A stretch of DNA of 64,000 nt from Patescibacteria group bacterium (GTDB lineage Bacteria > Patescibacteriota > Microgenomatia > UBA1400 > PJMF01), in the NCBI GenBank assembly GCA_045541795.1, contig JAZQJV010000003.1, positions 1,623-65,622 on the forward strand, written 5' to 3'. This document shows positions 59,100 to 64,000 of this stretch, piece by piece (within the stretch, counting starts at the first letter, position 1; each line of letters starts with the position of its first letter). The notes under the pieces were generated by a model. That model saw nothing but the letters and a program-made list of their open reading frames with translations, made no database searches and had not been told where the DNA came from. A program made the translations under genes and the position numbers.

Positions 59100-59480
59100 T
59101 TCAAGTGGAAGGATGATAAAAGTTTTCCACAAAACGGTGGAAAAGTAAGTGGGAAAGGTCGTGCGTAAAGCGGTGAAATAATGGTGAGATGAAAGTGTAA
59201 AGGTAATGGAGAAGGTGGAGAAAATGCGAGGAGTAGTTTTTTATGCACAAAATGAGGGAAAGTTTTCCCCGACCCGAAACGGAGTTTTACACAGGCGAAA
59301 ATTACCACCCGAAACTTCGTAATGAGAAAATAGCAGCGATGTATAGGTATTTTATTGTATGGATAAAAATGAGGCGGCGAGTTTTCCACCGAGTTTGGCG
59401 TCCCTACTATTTACTACTAAATATTTATAGATTTGTATGGACAACTTGTTTTTGGTAAAAATTTAATGTGGAACTACAAA
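59100..59480. other. Probable oriC
   Basis: Gene-free, AT-rich stretch upstream of dnaN with DnaA-box-like nonamers: TTTTCCACA 59123, TTATGCACA 59241, TTTTACACA 59285, TATGGATAA 59358, TTTTCCACC 59382, TGTGGAACT 59467. Confidence 0.65.
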
Positions 59481-59502
59481 TAGGTGTGGTATAATCACTG
59501 AT

Positions 59503-60618
59503 ATGAAGTGTAGTGTAAATCAAGACTTACTATTAGCCAGTGTAAAAGCCGTCAATAAATGCTTGAGTCGGCGACCGCATTTGCCGATTTTAGGTGGGAT
59601 TCATCTAAAAGCCGATGACGGTAAACTGGAGTTGACCACCACAGATATGACCGCTGGCTTGCGGGTAAAAATCCCCGCCGAAATCACGCAAGCGGGGGAA
59701 ACCACGGTGAGCGGCAAGAATTTTGTGGAGGCGGTCACTTTTTTTGATAAAGAAGGGACTGATCTGGAACTCATGGATAAACAAGTGTTGGTTAAAAACG
59801 GCCGTGATCTGGTGAAAATCCCGATTTTGACAGAAGATTTCCCACTTTTTGATGATAAAACTGACGACGCCGAAACTGTCAGTAAAGAAGTATCTTTTTG
59901 GGAATTTATCAGTAAAAATGTCAGTTATGCGGCTAGTCGCGATCAGAGCCGTCCGGCTTTGACCGGAGTGTTGATCAAAGCCAATGCTGAAAAAATGAAC
60001 GTGGTTGGCACAGATGGCTACCGGGTGGCGATTTGGGAGACTAAAGAAACGTTGGCAGGCGGCAAAGAACTGGAGATTATTGTCAATGCTAAAGCAATTA
60101 GTGACGTGGTGACGATTGCGGGGATTTTGGATGAGGAAAAAGTGGGCTTTTATCATCATACGGATGGCGAACAAGTGATTTTTACCGGGGAGAATTTTTC
60201 TTTTTTTAGCAAACTAATTAATGCAAAATTCCCACCTTTTGAAAAAATTGTACCGCTGGAGTTTACGACGCAGGCGACGATAGACCGGGAAACTTTTACC
60301 AAAAATCTAGCTAAAGCGGGTGTCTTTACTCGTACAGACAGTAATAGCGTGAAGATGCACTTGGAGGAAGCACAAATTAGTTATACGGCTACGTCGCTTG
60401 GTGATGGGAGCTTCCAAGGGAGTCAAGAGGTATTAAAATTTACTGGTGCACCGCTGGATATTGCATTTAAAATCAACTTTTTGCAGGAATATCTAAGCAC
60501 CTGCAGCGGTGAGACGGTGGAACTCAATTGTAATGGAGAGTTGTCGCCAATGGTGATCAAGGATCCAGATAACAGTGAAATGCTGTGTGTAATTATGCCA
60601 TTTAGGCCGAAAAAATAG
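59503..60618 (+). CDS. dnaN: DNA polymerase III beta clamp
   Basis: PILGGI, TTD, SRPALTGV, GTDGYR, FPPFEKIVP, IAF..FL, VIMP. Confidence 0.96.
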   Translation: MKCSVNQDLLLASVKAVNKCLSRRPHLPILGGIHLKADDGKLELTTTDMTAGLRVKIPAEITQAGETTVSGKNFVEAVTFFDKEGTDLELMDKQVLVKNGRDLVKIPILTEDFPLFDDKTDDAETVSKEVSFWEFISKNVSYAASRDQSRPALTGVLIKANAEKMNVVGTDGYRVAIWETKETLAGGKELEIIVNAKAISDVVTIAGILDEEKVGFYHHTDGEQVIFTGENFSFFSKLINAKFPPFEKIVPLEFTTQATIDRETFTKNLAKAGVFTRTDSNSVKMHLEEAQISYTATSLGDGSFQGSQEVLKFTGAPLDIAFKINFLQEYLSTCSGETVELNCNGELSPMVIKDPDNSEMLCVIMPFRPKK

Positions 60619-60660
60619 AAAAAAGTGTGGTATAATAGGCTGTCTTAGTTAGAAGGACAT

Positions 60661-60810
60661 ATGAAAAGAACGTGGCAACCTAAAAAAAAGAAACGGATGC
60701 GGAAACATGGTTTCCTGAAACGGATGATGACGGCCAAAGGTCGGCAGGTATTAAAACGCCGCCGAGATAAAGGTCGGGCGAGATTGACTGTGGTCCGCAA
60801 AGGAGTGTAA
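60661..60810 (+). CDS. rpmH: 50S ribosomal protein L34 (not in the ORF track)
   Basis: [49 protein letters not shown]; GAAGGA RBS. Confidence 0.97.
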   Translation: MKRTWQPKKKKRMRKHGFLKRMMTAKGRQVLKRRRDKGRARLTVVRKGV

Positions 60811-61023
60811 TTGTCTGATGTGGCTTACTGGGTAGCACTAGCGATAGTGCGAGTGCATAAGTTTTTCATGCCTGTAAAAAGGGTGGTACTTTATAGTGTT
60901 TTTGGTTTTTGTAGCGAGTGTAAACATCGCCCGACTTGTAGTGACTATTTGCTGGAGGCTGCGCGTGAGCGTGGCTGGCGGGGAGTGTGGGAAGGCTTGG
61001 TGAGGATAATAAGGTGCTGGTGA
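60811..61023 (+). CDS. yidD: Membrane protein insertion efficiency factor YidD
   Basis: CKHRPTCSDY..EA....G..G...GL.RIIRC; follows rpmH. Confidence 0.85.
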   Translation: MSDVAYWVALAIVRVHKFFMPVKRVVLYSVFGFCSECKHRPTCSDYLLEAARERGWRGVWEGLVRIIRCW

Positions 61024-61029
61024 GTACAT

Positions 61030-61227
61030 CCACGCCTAGAATGCGCGCACATTTACTCGCTCGCACTTTTTACAAGGTTAGGCGCTGCTCGACCGGTGTA
61101 AAAAGATGCCTTCGCTCGTAAATGTGCGCGCATTCTTTATCTGGTGTACTCACACTGTACTCACAAAATTTGTACTCACAGCGTACTCACAAGATTTGTA
61201 CTCACAGTGTGAGTACACCAGGCGTGG
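61030..61227. repeat. Composite palindromic element: two long hairpins plus GTACTCACA iterations
   Basis: 19-bp perfect IR 61038-61056/61118-61136; 16-bp perfect IR 61141-61156/61206-61221; outer CCACGC/GCGTGG. Confidence 0.85.
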
Positions 61228-61253
61228 GGAAAATTCTCATATTTCAAATAATA

Positions 61254-62852
61254 TCAGTAACTGCCGCCCAAAATGGAAGTGCGAATGGCGGCGACATCTT
61301 GGGAGAGGAGTTGATCATGAGTGAGGGCGTCGTTGATTTTGGTGACAGCGTGCATGACGCTGGTGTGATCACGATTGGAAAAAAGTCGGCCAATTTCGGC
61401 ATAACTCATAGACAGTAGAGACTTGAGCAAAAACATCGCCACGTGACGCGCCAGGGCAATTTCTTTTTGGCGGCGAGTGCCGGTGATGACCGCTTGTTTG
61501 ATGTGGTAATGATTGGAAACGGCGGAAAGAATTTCTTTGGGATGGATTTGGCGATGAGAGTATTCTTGTTGCTGCTGCTCGGAAAGGATACCGGAGACTA
61601 GGGATTGATCAATGAGCTTACCGGTAAGCTCGTGCTCACTTTTGAGCCGCATGACGATGCCTTCGAGCTTACGGGCAGAATCGATGCGGGCGGCGATCAT
61701 TTGAGCTAGCTCGATGGGGAGCTGAAGGCCGGCAGCTTTGGCTTTGGCCAAAAGGATGGCTGATCGTAGCTCAAAGGAAGGCTGCTGGATGTCAATTTTG
61801 AGACCAGCCTCAAAACGAGAACGTAAGCGATCCTCGAGGAGGGAAATCTCGTGCGGCGGGCGATCTGAGGTGAGGACGATTTGATGGTTTTGCTTGGCTA
61901 GGGCATTAAAAGTATGAAAAAATTCCTCTTGGACGGCGTTTTTGCCGGCGATAAACTGGATGTCGTCAATCAAAAGGACTTCGCAGGTGCGGTATTTGTC
62001 TTTGAAGTTGAGAGCTTGTTTGTTTTGGATGGCACGGATGATGGAATTGGTAAATTCTTCGCCGGTACAGTAAATAATGCTGGTTTCGGGGCGAGAGCGG
62101 AGGATGTAATTGCCGATAGACTGCATGAGATGGGTTTTACCGACGCCGACGCCTCCATAAAGGAAAAGAGGATTGTAGCTAACGCCTGGGTTTTTGGCGA
62201 CAGACATGGCAGCTACGTGAGCCATTTCATTGGAGCCAGAGACGGCAAAAGTATCAAAGGTGAAATCTGGCCGGAGACCGATATTTTTGGCGATGGTGGC
62301 GGCACGAGAAATGAGAGTTTGCTGGATAGTAGATGGAGCAAAAAGGCCGTCATGATATTCGGGAGAAGCAGCGGGGCTGACAGTGGCGGGCGTAGAGGGA
62401 GTGGCGGGGCTGCTGGTGACGGCTGGTGCAGAGTGAGAAACGGGATTTTCTGCCTGGGGAGAGGAGACATTGGGAAGATGGCTGGGAGTGGGTACTGGTG
62501 TGGCGGGAGCGGCTGGCGCTGGTGGCTGAGTAAGGGGAGAAGATATAGTGGTGGGGGCGGGTTGGGGATTGAAGATGAATTTGAGTTCCACGGGGCGGCC
62601 GAGCTTGGTCGTGAGAGCGGTTTTGGCGGCAGGGCCGAGATTTTTTTCAAACTGGAGGGCATTGAAGGAAGACGGGCACAAGAAAATACACAACCACTGT
62701 GTACCGTCGGCATAATCATCAATTTGATGGAGGGAACAGGTCTTGCCCCAGGCGTCAATCAGGAGAGAAGAAACAGATCCGGCAAGTTCCTGGCAAGTTT
62801 CTTGCCAGAGGGTCTGCAGTGAGCCAGCGTCCAGGTCTAATGTTTGCGACAT
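61254..62852 (-). CDS. dnaA: Chromosomal replication initiator DnaA
   Basis: YNPLFLYGGVGVGKTHL, LLIDDIQF, QEEFFHTFN, RLRSRF, RDHTSVMHA; long Pro-rich domain II; TTTTCCACA box at 62873. Confidence 0.98.
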   Translation of the reverse strand: MSQTLDLDAGSLQTLWQETCQELAGSVSSLLIDAWGKTCSLHQIDDYADGTQWLCIFLCPSSFNALQFEKNLGPAAKTALTTKLGRPVELKFIFNPQPAPTTISSPLTQPPAPAAPATPVPTPSHLPNVSSPQAENPVSHSAPAVTSSPATPSTPATVSPAASPEYHDGLFAPSTIQQTLISRAATIAKNIGLRPDFTFDTFAVSGSNEMAHVAAMSVAKNPGVSYNPLFLYGGVGVGKTHLMQSIGNYILRSRPETSIIYCTGEEFTNSIIRAIQNKQALNFKDKYRTCEVLLIDDIQFIAGKNAVQEEFFHTFNALAKQNHQIVLTSDRPPHEISLLEDRLRSRFEAGLKIDIQQPSFELRSAILLAKAKAAGLQLPIELAQMIAARIDSARKLEGIVMRLKSEHELTGKLIDQSLVSGILSEQQQQEYSHRQIHPKEILSAVSNHYHIKQAVITGTRRQKEIALARHVAMFLLKSLLSMSYAEIGRLFSNRDHTSVMHAVTKINDALTHDQLLSQDVAAIRTSILGGSY

Positions 62853-62897
62853 ATGGTGAGTTTTACACCGTGTTTTCCACAATGTCAAGGGGGAGTT

Positions 62898-64000
62898 TTA
62901 TGTCCCCGCTGGCGGGCGGTAGGCGTCTATGGAGTATTCGTCATGGCCGATGAAGCCAGCGGGCTGATTGGCGCCAGGGCGGGTGGTGGGTTGATCGGGG
63001 ATTTTGTCTGCGGGGACGCGGCTGGTGGGCGGTGCAGAAGTGTCAGCAGGAGCAGTATTACCCATAGGAGTGCCGGCGGGGATGACTGGAGAGACGGCCG
63101 GTGCTGGTGCTGGAGAGGCAGGCTGAGGAGTGGAAGTGGGGGTGTTCGCGGCTGGTTGCCCGGTAAGATTGCTGATCATGGAGTAAATGTTTTGCAGCTC
63201 CGGGTTGGATTGGTTGGCGGCGACGGTAGCTTGATTAGCACCACTAGCCTCTAAAAGCAGCCGGTCACGTTCGAGAGCTTCTTGCTGCTGGCGTTTCATC
63301 ACTTCTTCCGGATTGGTGGTGATCACCCGGTGCTCCTCTGGCGAGGCGATCACCCGCAGTGCCACGTGATTTTGCCCGGCAAAAAAGATGCCCTCGCCCA
63401 CGTCTACGGAAAGCAACAGCTGGCGCTCACCTTGGGAGAGGTGGAAGGTTTCTACCAGCGGGGGGATGGAAACGGAAGATTGTTTCATTAGGAATTGGAT
63501 GGAAGAGTTGGAGACGATGGCCTTGCCGTAGTCATTGTGGAGGAAGTCTTCCACATCCTGAGAAATAGTAGTGACGCCGAGATAGTATTTGCGGGCGCGT
63601 TTGGCCATAGAGTATAAAAAGCTTGCTGAATCAGCATTTTTCATGAAATACCAGGCCTCGTCTACAATGAGGATGCGTTTTTTGAAGTTGCGCTTGACGC
63701 GCGTCCAGATGAAGTCGAGAATGACGTACATGGCGATAGGACGGAGTTCTTCTTCAATTTCTTTGACGGAGAAAATAATGAGCGGATTGGTGAGGTCGAT
63801 ATTGGATTTTTGGTCAAACAGTCCCCGGAAAGAGCCGGTAATGTACTTTTCTAAGCGAGCGGCAATATCGAGGGCGGGAGGAATTTCCATACCGATCAAG
63901 GCTTTGTAGAGGTCTTCCATGAGTGGCGGTTCATTGGTCTGGGTGCCAGGATCTGGGGTGATGCCTTTGGCTTTGTAAGCGGCGACGATCGCTTTATCCA
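62898..64000 (-). CDS. VirB4/TraC-like ATPase, C-terminal part (5'-partial)
   Basis: P.MEDLY, L.KYITGS, LIVDEAW, KRARKY.LG..TISQDVEDFL, GEGIFFAG. Confidence 0.88.
   Translation of the reverse strand, partial: DKAIVAAYKAKGITPDPGTQTNEPPLMEDLYKALIGMEIPPALDIAARLEKYITGSFRGLFDQKSNIDLTNPLIIFSVKEIEEELRPIAMYVILDFIWTRVKRNFKKRILIVDEAWYFMKNADSASFLYSMAKRARKYYLGVTTISQDVEDFLHNDYGKAIVSNSSIQFLMKQSSVSIPPLVETFHLSQGERQLLLSVDVGEGIFFAGQNHVALRVIASPEEHRVITTNPEEVMKRQQQEALERDRLLLEASGANQATVAANQSNPELQNIYSMISNLTGQPAANTPTSTPQPASPAPAPAVSPVIPAGTPMGNTAPADTSAPPTSRVPADKIPDQPTTRPGANQPAGFIGHDEYSIDAYRPPAGT

Noticed and set aside
59069-59389. N-terminal extension of the 55844..59389 ORF
   Set aside because: Low-complexity translation across the DnaA-box region; ATG 59068 follows a -10-like box and is the more plausible start.
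61030-61227. SRP RNA or 6S RNA
   Set aside because: No SRP domain IV GGAA-loop/AGCAG arrangement, and the fold is branched rather than a single rod with a central bubble; an Rfam scan is still needed.

Overview
A chromosomal window from a small-genome bacterium, most likely Patescibacteria/CPR (Microgenomates-like). This is inferred from the split transketolase, short ValRS, baseplate-J/sortase/RuvX cluster, VirB4/VirB6-like genes and pervasive near-leaderless genes. The main system is a diversity-generating retroelement (DGR) on the minus strand at about 3.0-7.6 kb. It contains a Fib_succ_major/CLec-type target with a 184-bp VR (6226-6409), a matching TR (5229-5412; 16 mismatches, all at TR adenines), an accessory gene and an SQ/YVDD reverse transcriptase. 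Four features of the DGR are unusual. (1) The target's signal peptide is out of frame at a G9 tract, a candidate phase-variable ON/OFF switch. (2) The accessory gene looks like a MutS-domain-I/Avd fusion. (3) An 80-aa ORF behind the target copies the RT 'GFPIGNL' motif at protein level. (4) The TR lies in a long, separately promoted RNA upstream of avd. An atypical Ser-type tRNA body carrying a GAU anticodon lies next to the DGR. The rest of the window holds housekeeping genes (argS, tkt, pgk, xth, guaBA, valS, rplY, dnaN, rpmH, yidD, dnaA), a probable oriC with a rearranged dnaA/dnaN order, a 4,574-aa repetitive surface protein, and several repeat-flanked cassettes (solo MazF-like toxin, CdiA-C-like nuclease, DUF559, three AAA+/DUF4143 ATPases). 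All family assignments are by eye from motifs; no database search was run.
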